Below the pieces are notes generated by a model that was not told the DNA's origin, did no database searches, and saw nothing but the letters and a program-made list of their open reading frames with translations. 64,000 bases of DNA from Spongospora subterranea f. sp. subterranea (Eukaryota): the NCBI GenBank assembly GCA_049724395.1, contig JAUGWO010000060.1, positions 1 through 64,000 of the forward strand, given 5' to 3'. Of the stretch, positions 1-12,810 are shown in pieces. The translations under genes were made by a program, and so were the position numbers. Position 1 is the first letter of the stretch, and each line of letters opens with the position of its first letter.

Positions 1-3000
1 ATAACCTCCTGTCGGTCAGCGAACTTGCCAGCAATGGTATCACCATCTGTTTCCAGAACAATATGTGCCACATCTATGACCGCGGGAAACTGATCACCTC
101 TGTTCGGAAGGACGCGCACAACTTGTTCATTTTAACAACTGCTAAGCACTCGCCTAAATTCATCACATCGCTTTTGACCATTGCAGGTGAAAATCAACAG
201 GCGTCTCAACTTTGGCATCAACGTCTAGGTCACCTGAATATTAGAGACTTGAACAGATTGGCATCCAATGTCGAGTACGGATTGAAGCTATCAAGAGTAA
301 AGCAGTTTATCTGTGATGGATGCGATCTTGGCAAAATGGCGAGAGGTACTACTCCAAAATATCGCAACCATAATACTCGCAGACCATTAGAGATCATACA
401 CAGCGATATTTCAGGACCATTCCCTTCGGCAAGTATCCCCCATGCATATAAATACTTCATCAGTTTCCTAGACCAGCACACTCGCTACACAATCATCTAC
501 CCGATGCGGTCGAAAGCGGAAGTATACGCCAAAGTTCAACACTTTATCAACTTCGCCAGCAATTGGTTCCATAACGAAGGATATACAGTTCAGCAATTTC
601 CAGACTGACAATGGAAGCGAGTACTTATCCTCGCAATGCCAAGAGTTCTTCTCAGCACGGAATTTTTCACAGAACTAGTATTCCGTACCAACCAGAGCAA
701 AATGGTATGATCGAGCGCCTAAATAGAACACTAATGAATTGTGCAGAATCAATGCGACTCCAAGCTGGCCTCAATGAAGAATTCTGGTCCTTTGCCGTCA
801 ATACAGCCGTTCACTTGACAAATCGAAGACCACACTCAGCGCTATTCGAGCACATGACACCATACGAAGCATGGTTCGGCGAGAATCCAAAACTTGACTA
901 CCTCCGCACATTCGGTTGCATTGCTCATGTTCATAAACCAAATCAACTCCATCGCAAGCTTCAACCAAGAATGACCAAATGCATATTTATTGGATACTTA
1001 ACCAAGCAAAAAGGATATCATTTCTTCGATCCAGAGAAAAATCGCACGCTCACCGCTCGATATTCAGATGTTCACTTTAACGAAGGAAAGTTTCCTGAAA
1101 ACGAACCATCAGTTGGTATCGATGATGAAACTATATTTTTTGACGAAGACATCATCGAGGCATCAACTGCATGTTCACCAGACTCGTCTTCTCCATGTGC
1201 AGACCTTCCAATCCAATCCGGTTCAGAGCATGATCAGTTATCACAGGATATTATTCCCATGTCAGAAGCGTATATAGAATCGGAGCCCTCCACAACATCA
1301 GAGCAGCATGATCCGCTACCTAGTCTAATTCGCAAGTCAGCTCGAAGTCGTCGTATTCCTGGTGATTGGTGGCGTGTTGCAATGACCACGTCCGGCACAG
1401 GAATCCCTGAGAAAGCTAATGAGATTGCTATCCCTTTTACTCTCCCTCAGGCAATGGAGCCAAACAATCCTTTTTGGCATCAGTGGAAGAAGGCGATCGA
1501 TAACGAATACGAAGGCCTAGTGAAGAATAAAACTTGGGAACTCTGTCAGCTACCAGAAGGTCGTCGCGCCATCGATAATAAATGGGTGTTCAAGGTAAAG
1601 TCGAAGGAGGATGGCACAGTTGATAAATTCAAGGCCCGACTTGTAGTTGAGCTGGAAGGTTTTTCACAGCGCCCAGGAGTTGATTACAATGAAACCTTCT
1701 CACCTGTTGCTCATCTCTCTTCAGTTCGCCTTATCTTCGCACTCGCTGCCTCCATAAATCTGAAATTGCGTCAACTTGACGTGGTGGGTGCATTCCTCCA
1801 AGCGGACCTACATGAAGAGATATATATGAAACAGCCTACCGGTTTCTCAATTGGTGACCCTTCTCAAGTATGTCGATTAAAGAAAAGCCTCTACGGACTC
1901 AAACAAGCTGGTCTCGAGTGGAATAACACAATCAATCAGTTTATCTGTGAAGATCTGTCCTTCGTTCGCCTCAAATCGGACCCATGCGTATATATCCGCC
2001 GGTGTGGATCATCCATCATCGCCATGGCCCTATCCACAGATGATCTTCTCATCGCCTAAAGTAATGAGATCGACCTGGATAGCATGATTCAAAAATTGTC
2101 AGATCGTTTTCCAATTACAGATCTGGGACAGCCTCGTCATCTTCTCGGCATGAGAGTCCAGCAAGACGATTTTGGAATTCACTTAGATCAGGAAGCATAC
2201 ATTCAAGGAATTCCTTCAGCGCTTCAAGATGAATTCCTTCAGCGCTTCAACCGATTGTAAGTCGGCGACAACACCAATGCAGACTGGGTTCTCTCTCTTA
2301 CAAGAAGACGATACTGTGGATCATGTACCTTATCGAGAATTAGTGGGAGCACTGAACTGGATCTCTACGTGTACTCGACCAGATATTTCAACAACCGTTT
2401 CAATGCTTAGTCAATTCTGTCAAAAACCATCGCAATCTCACTGGATCTCGGCAAAACGAGTGTTACGCTACTTAAAGGGGACAGCGGATCATGGACTCTT
2501 CTACCAACTGGGACTACATCTACCGATGGAAGGATTCGTTGATAGTGATTGGGCAGGGGACGCTACAACTAGACGTTCGACCTCTGGCTATATTTTTAGA
2601 TTCGCCGGCTCCCTTATTTCGTGGAGAAGTGCCAAGGAACCCATCGTTACTTGCTCAACAACAGAAGCCGAGTACGTAGCACTATCCGAAGCAACACGTG
2701 AAGCCATGTGGTTACGAAGTATGATGAAAGAGCTCGGATTCGAATGCACTGCGCCAACAACGATCCACGAAGATAATCAAGGCTGTATTGCTATCTCCAA
2801 AAATCATCGTACTGACAAACGAACGAAACACATCGACGTTCGGTAAATTCAGGTCGGAAATGTCGTAGTTAAGTATTGTCCAGCCGAACACATGATTGCG
2901 GATGTTATGACCAAGTCATTACCTGCTCCCAAGTTCGTGTTCTGTCGCGAAGGTATGGGAATCCTCCCTACACTTGACGGGATGAGGGGGGCTGTTACGA

Positions 3001-3221
3001 CACGACACATCCCGCCTATTGTGGTCTTACCGCAGCCTCCAGTAACATCATCGGCGCGGCCTCTGGTAACATCATCGGTGCGGCCTCCAGCGGTGCGGCC
3101 TCCAGTAACATCATCGGCGTGGCCTCCAGTAACATCATCGGCGTGGCCTCCGGTAACATCATCGGTGCCGCCTCCAGCGACGAGGCTGCGACCTCCTATA
3201 CATTAGAGATCTTCTAGAGGA
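1..3221 (+). mobile_element. Ty1/copia LTR retrotransposon family A, degenerate (integrase-RT-RNase H, PPT, partial 3' LTR); 5' part lies outside the window
   Basis: WHQRLGH...CDGC zinc finger, IHSDISGP and QNGMIERLNRT integrase motifs; KARLV, QLDVVGAFL and LYGLKQAG RT motifs; DSDWAGD, EAEY and KHID RNase H motifs in IN-RT order; frameshifts and stops; PPT GGGATGAGGGGGGC followed by TGTTACG at 2993. Confidence 0.95.
3032..3180 (+). repeat. ~24-bp tandem repeat (GCGGCCTCCAGTAACATCATCGGC, ~6 imperfect units) inside the family A 3' LTR
   Basis: Direct repeats visible downstream of the LTR start at 2993. Confidence 0.9.
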
Positions 3222-3287
3222 CCTATGCTCATCCCCACTGCGAAACATAACTAATTAGTTATGTTTCGCAGTGGGGATGAGCATAGG
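3222..3287. repeat. Perfect 66-bp spacerless palindrome
   Basis: CCTATGCTCATCCCCACTGCGAAACATAACTAA|TTAGTTATGTTTCGCAGTGGGGATGAGCATAGG, centre between 3254 and 3255. Confidence 0.97.
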
Positions 3288-3371
3288 GAAATGTTACTAA
3301 TTCAAAATGGAGCTAATGTTACATATCATATTTCCTGAGCTTCATTCACCCTAATAAATTCATTCTGATAT

Positions 3372-5386
3372 TCATCGGTTTACATCAGGGTCAAACGTCT
3401 GAAAACAGGGAGACTGATGATTGTAACCTTGACGTCTTCGGGTGTCAGGATCACCTGCCCAGTCAGATTCAGAATAACCAACTAGACTTACCATATGTTC
3501 ATCTTGACGACAATATGTGATCCCAAATCTTGACGTTCCTGCTAAATAGCGAAGCACGCGTTGTGCAGCGACCCAATGAGGTCTACCAGGATTGCTAATA
3601 AACCTACAGAGTGATCCAACTGCCGTGCTGATGTCCGGGCGAGTGTTGCTTGCCAACCAGATCAGACTGCCAACAAGTTCACCATAAGGGATCCTCTCCA
3701 TAGCTAGTATGTCTTCCAGATTGGTGGGGCTTGATTTGGACGATAATTGGACACCTGGTTGCTGAGGAGTTGGAGCAGGATTAGAATCAACCATGTTGAA
3801 CTTCATCAAACGTTGCTGAACATATACTTCTTGATCCAATGTTATTATGCCAGTCTTCTCGTGCCGGTGAATCCGTAAACCGAGCAGCCTGGTCGGAACT
3901 CCAAGGTCAGTAACTTCGAATCTTGACGACAGTAGACTGATAATTTCTTGGCAGAGGCTTGTATCATTATGAATAAATAGAATGTCATCGACATGGACTC
4001 CAATAGCCAGGAAACTCCCCATACGGCGTGTGAAATAAATACACGGGTCAGCCTTAGCACGTTTCAAACCGGCTTCCTTTGTAAAGAAATGATCAAGTTT
4101 CGAATTCCAAATCATTCCAGCTTGCTTTAGTCCGTATAATGCTTTGTTTAACCGGCAAACTAGATGCTCTCGGCCTTTTGATGTGAAACATTCGGGCTGC
4201 TGCATGAAAATATCTTCCTGCATCTCGCCATTGAGGAAAGCACCGACTATATCGATTTGCCTGATTTGCAAATTATGTTAAGCAGCGATTGCAAGTAAAA
4301 GTCGAATTGAAGTCTGATGTGCGACAGGAGCAAAAGTATCATCATAGTCTATTCCGTGTCTTTGAGAAAATCCTTGAATCACCAAGCGCTGTCTTTCAGT
4401 CCAAAACTCACTTCGCGCTTTAAATTTCCTGACAGTTCCATCGCCAAAAAGACTTGGTTTCACAGTCAGGACCCATTTGCAAGATATGGCCTTGCGTCCA
4501 GCTGGTAAATCTTGTAAATCCCACGATTTTTAAAACTAATCTAACCGGTATTCCGCTTGAATTGCGTCATACCAATGATTTGCAAATGGGCTCTGCAAGG
4601 CTTCAGTGACCGTGGCTGATACAGGAACTTGTGCAACTTGAATAGCTGAGAACGCAGGGCGCGGCATTAGTTTGGCTTCTGCTGGAGAGCTAAATCTTGA
4701 GGACTCAGTTGCACGTGCTGCACTGCACTTCCAGAATTCGGTTGGGAGAGCACGGACACGAGAGGAACGTCGTAATGTCTGTTGGAATGCCGAACCATCT
4801 TCCTCATGATCAACTTGGTCTACGTTGGAGAGATCTGCATCGTTACTGCCTTCAGAACCAGAACTTAGAGAATCAACAGAGGGGGTTGCGCTCAGGGGGC
4901 TGAGAATGCTATTCGAGGCACAATCCTCATCTTGCGGGGTAGAGTTCATCGGGGCACTCGGAAAGCTGTGAGGTGCCGGAAGTGGATCCAGATTAAATGT
5001 TACTTGCTTGATTGTTGGCTGAGAACTCTGACTGGCATTGGGTAATTGTCGTCCGAATCCGAAAGAGAAACTGTTTTCATCAAACTCGACATCACGACTC
5101 GTATACTGCTTTTGGTTCAACGGGTCGACAAGTATATATGTCTTCTGAGAATTCGCGTACCCAATGAATACTGTTTTGTGTGCGCGAAAACTCGGCTTCC
5201 TTCGTGTGTGGTCCGGAATGCGTCGATATGCAGTGCAGCCCAAGGTTCGCAGGTAGTGCAAATCTGGTTTGTGATGACGAAGAGCTTCATATGGGGTGAT
5301 TTTATGGTCGAGTGATGAATGTGGGCGTCGGTTGTAGATGTGAGCGGCAGTAGAAATTGCCCAAGAGAAACACTCAATTGGTAACC
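3372..5386 (-). mobile_element. Ty1/copia family D fragment D1 (integrase C-terminus, RT, start of RNase H)
   Basis: YNRRPHS, YLRTLGC, RQIDIVGAFLNG, LYGLKQAG, HVDD and SDWAGD motifs; frameshifted. Confidence 0.92.
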
Positions 5387-6707
5387 TTCTCTTGGGCTAT
5401 TTCTGCTGCTGCACATATTTATAATCGGCGCCCACATTCATCACTCGCAAATAGAATTACTTCATTTGAAGCTCTCCGTTAATCCAAACCAGACCTACAC
5501 TATCTGCGAATTTTTAGCTACAATGCCCATCGACGCATTCCGGATCACACACGAAGGAAACCGAGTTTTCGCGCAAATAAAACTGTTTTCATTGGATATG
5601 CAAACTGACAAAAGGCATATATATTGTTCGATCCGGTGGACAATAAGCAAATACATCAGTCGCGACGTCGAGTTTGATGAACAAAATTTCTCGTTTCAAT
5701 TTTCAACAAACGTCAGATTGCCACCGGTCATCCGGGTCAGCTGTAAACCAAGTTATTATCGATCCTGGTCCGTTTCCTCCTTCAGTGCAACTATTTAACA
5801 CGGTGGACCTTAATTTAAGCAAGCTGACAATAACCTCAATGCTGAGAACGCTTCAATCTCACAACCAGATGCCACATTCAGTTCACCAGATACACAATCC
5901 TCCCAAGCATCACTTACCGAATCAGATACTGAAGAAGATGCGAATTCTTTACGAGAAGAGCCTATTGATCAAGCCATCGATTCGATTGAACCGGTTTTGC
6001 GGTGATCGTTTTGCATTCGTGGCCCTCCGATTGAATTCTGGAAATGTAGCACTACTGGACTGTCACGATCGAATCTTCCAACAGAAGGTGCCGCATTACC
6101 ACGACCCGAAATCTCCGAAGTTCAGGTTTCGATAGTTCCAATTCCAGCCAATTTAACTGAAGCCCTGAACCGTCCTCATGCTGCTCATTGCTATGACGCG
6201 ATTCGAGCAGAGTACCGGCAGATGTTAGATTTTCAGACCTCGGGATATACAAGATTTGCCCCCGGAAGAAAGGCCATCTCGTGTAAATGAGTTTTGACAG
6301 TGAAACCAAGCCTTTCTGGTGATGGCTCGATCAGAACGTTTAAAGCCCGTTTGGTGTTTCGAGGATTCTCACAGAGACATGGAGTTGACTTGATGAAACG
6401 TTTGCCCTTGTTGCTCATCAGGCGTCAATGCTTGTGTTACTCGCCATCGCGGCTCAACACAATCTGCAGATCAGACAAATTGACATTGTTGGCGCTTTTC
6501 TCAAACGGCGATGTACAAAAGATATATTTATGCAGCAACCTGAAGGATTTGGAATCAATGGGCAAGAAAATCAAGTTTGCCGATTGAACAAAGCTCTTTA
6601 TGGATTAAAACAAGCAGGGATGGTTTGGAACTCAAAATTAGATCATTTTTTATCCAAAGAAGTTGGACTCAAGAGAGTCAAGGCTGATCCGTGCATTTAT
6701 ACAACTC
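5387..6707 (+). mobile_element. Ty1/copia family D fragment D2, inverted paralog of D1
   Basis: WAISAAAHIYNRRPHS, FKARLVFRGFSQ, RQIDIVGAF, LYGLKQAG and KADPCIY motifs; many frameshifts. Confidence 0.9.
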
Positions 6708-7812
6708 GTTATTGCGCCCGGCAACTATCGGGGACACCGATCCCCGACAACCGCTAAACGACGGGTACGACGACGACGAAACACCGGAAAAAGCCCCATA
6801 AACATGCGCCACGGTGACATACACGAGCTTTCAAATTTTGGTCTTTTAAAAGCCGATTTGTGACCTTGTCAGCATCCGACGATATGCGTCGAGATGCGTT
6901 GTACCGGTGCTTAACTGGAGTGGCTCAAGATCGCGCTTTCAATGAGCCGGTGATGTCGTCGTCGCTTTTGCTCGATAAGATGGCCGTCTGGTACGCTTCT
7001 ACTCCTGATCCTGAGACGCTGGAGGATGCCCTCCGAAACAAGTTGGAAAATTCTTTACCGAATGAAAGAGAATCACTACCGGATTATATTCTAAGATACT
7101 CTCAGTATTTCAATCAAGTGAAACAATTTTTACCGGATTTTTCCATGTCAGAGTCAAATTGCTGTCGCTTATTTCTCCGAACTCTGCGTTTCAAAACACG
7201 GCTTTATGCTGAATTGTTACGACTTAACGTGAGGAAAGTATTGAAGCTGTCGGAAATGTTTGCCTTGGCAAACGAAGCTTTATCGATATTGAAAGCGATT
7301 ATTGCTGCAGAAGACGAAGCCTCCAACAACTCCCGATGGAAACAATCGCAACTTCCCAGAGGTCAGTCTGCTGTGAGAACGTCCCGTCCCCATGTTGCTT
7401 TCGACCTTCCTGCTTCGGATAAGCAGGATGCCCGAGTTCGTGAACATTCTCGAATGTCGCGAGTCAACAACACTTTTCATAACCATTCGGTAGAGAAAGG
7501 AGGATTTGAAGTTCTACTGTCGTCTGGACCCACTATTTCGGAATCGTTTCGCGCAGCTGTGGATGATGGTGCCGATTTGGTAATAATTGGGTCAAACCAT
7601 TTTCGGAGTCTGTCCACAGTCCCTGTTCGGTCGGAAAAACTTCAGTTACGTTTCGCGAATACTACCTATCTCGCTTGATTTAAAAGGTGTCTTCGGGATG
7701 CCACAATTTTTACTAATGCGGGGCCAATCATAATTCGTACGCAACGGTTTTTTGTAATTGATGACGAGATGCCTGAAGTTTTATTGGGAAGACCTCTGTT
7801 ACGCCGATTGAA
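6708..7812 (+). mobile_element. Ty3/gypsy-like gag plus aspartic protease fragment
   Basis: ORF 6860-7678 with gag-like ESLPDYILRY, protease-like AVDDGADLVII and a downstream EVLLGRPLL in another frame. Confidence 0.6.
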
Positions 7813-7861
7813 AATGAGAGAGAGGGAGCGGTGACGCGAGAGAGAGAGGGAACGGGAACGA

Positions 7862-8171
7862 TGTTGATTGGAAGAAGCAAATAGAAGAATGGGTTTATTA
7901 GAAAACGAGGCGCTCTGATATGCAGAGCTAGATTATTATTGTCTCAGTCGGAAAAAGGGCGCGCGATTTCTCGGTCGGGAAAAAGGCGTGATAATCGCGC
8001 GCCAAAATCCGTCACACGACAGAGGCTGCGCTACAGGGTTGTTCCTCAGGAGGCCGCGTCGAGTCTTTATCAATATCGGATGTACGTGACAGTGGGCCAA
8101 TACGACCAGTTTGGGCCAGTACAGCCAATGGGCCAGTACGAGAGGTTGGCGACGTGGTTTGTACTTCGACA
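7862..8171 (-). repeat. 3' LTR of copia family C (~310 bp)
   Basis: On the minus strand PPT TTGAGGGGGCG precedes TGTCGA...TCAACA termini, with AATAAA near the end; only one copy is present, so the distal boundary is inferred. Confidence 0.65.
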
Positions 8172-11100
8172 CGCCCCCTCAAACCATGTGCCTTGTTGGT
8201 CACCAGCCTTTTGCTCAGTCTTGTGAATGTTGCGCCTGAAGTTGGTTTGGTGAAAATATCTGCGACCATCTCGGCTGTTGGCATGAACTGGACTTGAATC
8301 TGGTTGTTATGAACCATCTGTCTCACGAAATGATATTTTACATCAATGTGTTTTGTTCGCGCGTCGGTTCTGTTGTTGCCGCTGATAGATATGCATCCTT
8401 GGTTATCGTTGTAAATGACAGTTGCGGCTGGTTCTGGGCGCTCAAGTTCGAACAACAGTTCGCGGGTCCATTTGGCTTCGCGTGACGCACCACATAATGC
8501 AATATACTCGGATTCAACACACGATAAGGCTGTTGAGGGTTGCAATTTGGATTTCCAAGAGATTGTGTCCGGGTTACCGGCCCAGTCTGCGTCGCTGTAG
8601 CCATAGAGTCCGGCGGGATTCTTTGAAGAGCCTGCTGTAAATTTCAGGCCGTGGTCCGATGTCCCTGCCAAAAAACGGAGTACTCTCTGTGCTGCCGTCC
8701 AGTGCTGCCGCCCGGGGTTGCTTATAATCTACATAAGGTTCCGACCGCGTATGCAATGTCGGGTCTTGTGATTGTGGCTAACCAGTTTAAACTGCCGACA
8801 AGCTCAGAATACGGCACCAATTTCATGTTGGCTCGCTCTTGGTCGATGGTAGGGCTCATGTTCGTACTGAGGTAGTATCCTGGTTGATGTGGAGTGTTGG
8901 CGGATTTGCAAAGATTCATATTGAATCGAAGGAGTAATTCATCAACGTAGTCTTGCTGGTGTAAAAAAATTGACCCTGTTGCCCCATCACGCAATAACTA
9001 CAGACCAAGAACACGACTGGGCGCGCCAAGATCGGTGACGTTCCATTTGGACTTGAAGTGATCCACTAATTCATCACAAAGAGTTGGATTATTATGGGCA
9101 ATAATGATATCGTCGACTTGAATGAGAACAATAGCATAGAAAATGTCACGTCTGAGATGGTAAAGACAAGGATCAGCAATTGTTCTTCGAAAATAGAGCT
9201 TATTGACCAAGAAATCATGCAGCTGCTGATTCCAGATCATTCCCGCTTGATTGAGACCGTAGAGAGCTTTCTGTAACTTGCAAACTAGATTTCCTTGACC
9301 AGGCTCGATGAAACCATCAGGCTGTTTCATGTAAATATCGCCGTCAATGTTACCGTTAAGGAATGCGCCCACGATGTCGATTTGACGAAGAAACAAGCCT
9401 TGATCGGCGGTCAGTGCGATGACGATACGAAATGATTCCGAATGTGTGACAGGAGAGAAAGTTTCACTGTATTCGATACCAGCACGTTGGGAGAAGCCTT
9501 TGATCACCAAACGGGCTTTGAACTTTCGAATACCACCATCTCCAGTCAGATTAGGCTTGGTATTGAAGACTCATTTGCAGGCGATTGCTTTACGGTCTGG
9601 AGGTAGTTCTTGCAACGTCCATGTGTCAAATTCGAGCATCTGCTTGTATTCAACCTGCATAGCATCATACCAATGGTCAGCTTCAGGTCCGTTCAGAGCT
9701 TCTGGGACTGTTTGTGGTACGGTAACAGAAGCAATTGTGAGTGATGCGATGTCCGATTTTGGCAATTTGTTACACGTCGAGTCCATCTGCAGTGTGTGAT
9801 TGGCTTGATGTGCTTTCCACCATTCTCCTGGAGGTCGCGATTCTCTAACACTACGACGAACGACTACTGCCGGTTCGGGGTCTAAATCATTATTGCTGTC
9901 AGGCGAATAAGGTAATGATGCGTCCGATGTGCTGTCTTTGTCTTCTGGCTGGACAGGATCCAATTCATTGTCATTATTGCTGACATCTTCGGATATGATT
10001 GAATCAGCTGCATTGTTTTCATTCGAAATTTGGACATGGGGTTCCATCTCAGAGCGGAAGCTGCTTTCAAAACAGGGGGAGATGGTATTTCTGGAATCTG
10101 AACTTTCTCTTTGAAATCCGTAATCAAAAGAGTATTCGAACTCGACATCTCGACTGGAATATTCTTTTTGGGATATGAAATCGTACAGCAAATAAGCCTT
10201 TTGATTCTGTGTGTAGCCAATGTGAATTAGTTTCTGTGCTCGAGGCTGTATCTTTTTCCGTTCGTTGGACTGAAGCAATCTGTAGGCGACACAGCCGAAT
10301 GTTCTAAGGTAGTTAAGATTCGGAACCTGTTTGAACAAGACTTCATACGGAGTAACTCGGTCTGGTAACGTCGAATGGGGTCGTCGATTGTATATATGAA
10401 CTGCTACTTGTACAGCCCAAGCAAAACATTGCTGGGGCAACTTCGAATGTAATAGTAGACAAAGGGCAATATCAGTCAATGTTCGATTAAGCCTTTCAGC
10501 CATGCCATTCGATTGTGAGTTTCCCGGGACTGTCCTTCGGTGATGAATGCCTTGAAGGTCTAGCCAATCACGAAACTCTTTCGACATGTATTCGCCTCCG
10601 TTGTTTGATTGAAAATTGCGAAAGTTGTGCTGTGAAGGTTGTTGAAATGTCGAATGAACTTCTTGAGGTGCTCGAACTGCTCAGATTTGTTTCTCAAACA
10701 GGCAATTGTGCAGAGTCGGCTGTAAGCATCAATGTATGTGACAAAGTACTTGGAACCGTCTATGCCAGGGGAAGAAAATGTGCCCATGAGGTCGCTTACG
10801 ATGAGTTCACCCGGAGAGGTTTGATGGTGTGTGGTATTCAAGAACAGGCCTTTTGACATTTTCCCCATCAGAAGGTTCTAGTCTAATTCCGTAGCGCGCA
10901 TCCTTACTCAAATTCGATATTTTCTTGTTGCTGGTGTGGCCTAACCTTGCGTGCCATAGTGACAGGGGAAGGGCAACGTCATGTCGGATCGCAAAAGTCG
11001 CCGCAAGATCTGATGATCGGATAGAGTTTGAATCCAGTCTGTACAGGTTGTCCTTATCTTTTCGAATCCTTGCAAGTATGTTCCAACGGGAGCGGTGAAA

Positions 11101-12383
11101 TCATGAGAGTGGAAGATAGTAATGTGTTCGCCATCGATCAAAAACTTCATCCCTGATTCTGCTGCTTGGCCAGGAGAAAAGAGGTTTTTCCCGAGATACG
11201 GAACCGCCAAAACATTCTCAAGTGGAATTGACCTTCCCTGTACGCGCAAATTGCAGTTACCAGACCCAACTGAAGGGATGGAAGTGTTGTCACCCAGTTG
11301 AATTTCTGGGTTCAGACTTGCGCTTCGGAATTGCGATAAGATCTGACGGTCAAATGTCATGTAGTTGGAACAGCCAATATCTACATGCCAGGCCCTGGAC
11401 TTGTTAAATGAAGCTTGAGAGGCATAATGGTAGTTTTGAACTTGTCCCTGTTTATTATGTCTCGGCTGCCAGCTGCTAGGGCGAAGCTCAGGGTGTTTTG
11501 CATAACATTGGTCATCCTTATGGCCAAGGTGTGGGGGAACTTTGCATCTACGCTTCTTGCCAGCAATTTTTGCTTGTGTAGAGGTAATATCTTGGCCTTG
11601 ACGAGCTTCTTCGTTTAGCAGCAGCGAGGTGATCGTGACTAGTGAAATATGATCAAAGTCCTGGCAGTCTAAGGCAGTTGCAATTGTATGAAAACGGCTA
11701 TCGAGGTTGCAAAAACGAGTGCTGAAATTAAATTTTCTGGTATCTCGATGCCTGCACCTTGGAGGTCTCGGGCTCGAGATTCGACTCGGCCTATGAATTC
11801 TTGCACTGGTTGCCCGTCTTGCATGCAGGTAACCCATTGGCGCAACTTGACGACAACTGAAGAGAGTGATTAGCGCTGGTAGATGTTATGGAGTTTGACC
11901 CAATACGCGTGAGCAGAGGTTTCAGAGAGTAAATGACGGAGTACCGAGTCACCCACGTTCAGTTCGATCACACCCCGGGTTTTCGTATCAGTACGGCTCG
12001 ACGTAGACTCAGTTCGCGGTTCGACAGGGTCAAATGTTGCTGGATTATAGGAGATTGATGTATCGTAATCTTCTGTCCTGTAATATGGCCATCATACGAC
12101 GCTTCCAGATAGGGAAATCGTCGGATCCTTCGAGCTTATTGATGTTATAGACCGTGGACATCATGAAGGATGTATATACAAATGTACACCTAAGTATATA
12201 TACAAATGTACACCCAAGTGTATATACAAATTTACACCTAAGTGCATATACAAATGTACACATAAGTGTAAATACAAATGTAGACCCTAAGTGCCTATAC
12301 AAATGTACACATAAGTGTAAATACAAATGTAGACCCTAAGTGCCTATACAAATGTACACATAAGTGTAAATACAAATGTACAC
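7862..12383 (-). mobile_element. Ty1/copia family C, degenerate: leader, gag, PR, IN, RT, RNase H, 3' LTR; 5' LTR missing
   Basis: gag start near 12164 (KLEGSDDFPIWKRRM), WHVDIGCS protease-like motif, SNGMAERLNRT, RQIDIVGAFLNG, YSDADWAG and KHIDVKYHF. Confidence 0.92.
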
Positions 12384-12384
12384 C
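12171..12384. repeat. 24/25-bp tandem array (TGTATATACAAATGTACACCTAAG, ~9 units) in the family C 5' leader
   Basis: Directly visible; distal units alternate as a ~49-bp dimer. Confidence 0.92.
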
Positions 12385-12810
12385 AATTCATTAGTGTTCT
12401 ATTTAGGCGCTCGATCATACCATTTTGCTCTGGTTGGTACGGGATACTAGTTCTGTGAAAATTCCGTGCTGAGAGAAGAACTCTTGGCATTGCGAGGATA
12501 AGTACTCGCTTCCATTGTCAGTTTGGAATTGCTGAACTGTATATCCTCCGTTATGGAACCAATTGTTGGCGAAGTTGATAAAGTGTTGAACTTTGGCGTA
12601 TACTTCCGCTTTCGACCACATCGGGTAGATGATTGTATAGCGAGTGTGCTGGTCTAGGAAACTGATGAAGTATTTATATGCATGGGGGATACTTGCCGAA
12701 GGGAATGGTCCTGAAATATCGCTGTGTATGATCTCTAATGGTCTACGAGTATTATGGTTGCGATACTTTGTAGTAGTACCTCTCGCCATTTTGCCAAGAT
12801 CGCATCCATC
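12384..12810 (-). mobile_element. Inverted near-identical fragment of the family A integrase (matches ~314-741)
   Basis: ORF 12415-12789 is almost identical to the C-terminal half of ORF 63-608. Confidence 0.93.

Noticed and set aside
2892..3206. Pro-rich PPVTSS repeat protein
   Set aside because: The pol frame reading through the PPT into LTR tandem repeats
12045..12339. ORFs with CTFVY / YTNVH repeats
   Set aside because: Translations of the 24-bp tandem array; only the part from ~12164 leftwards is gag
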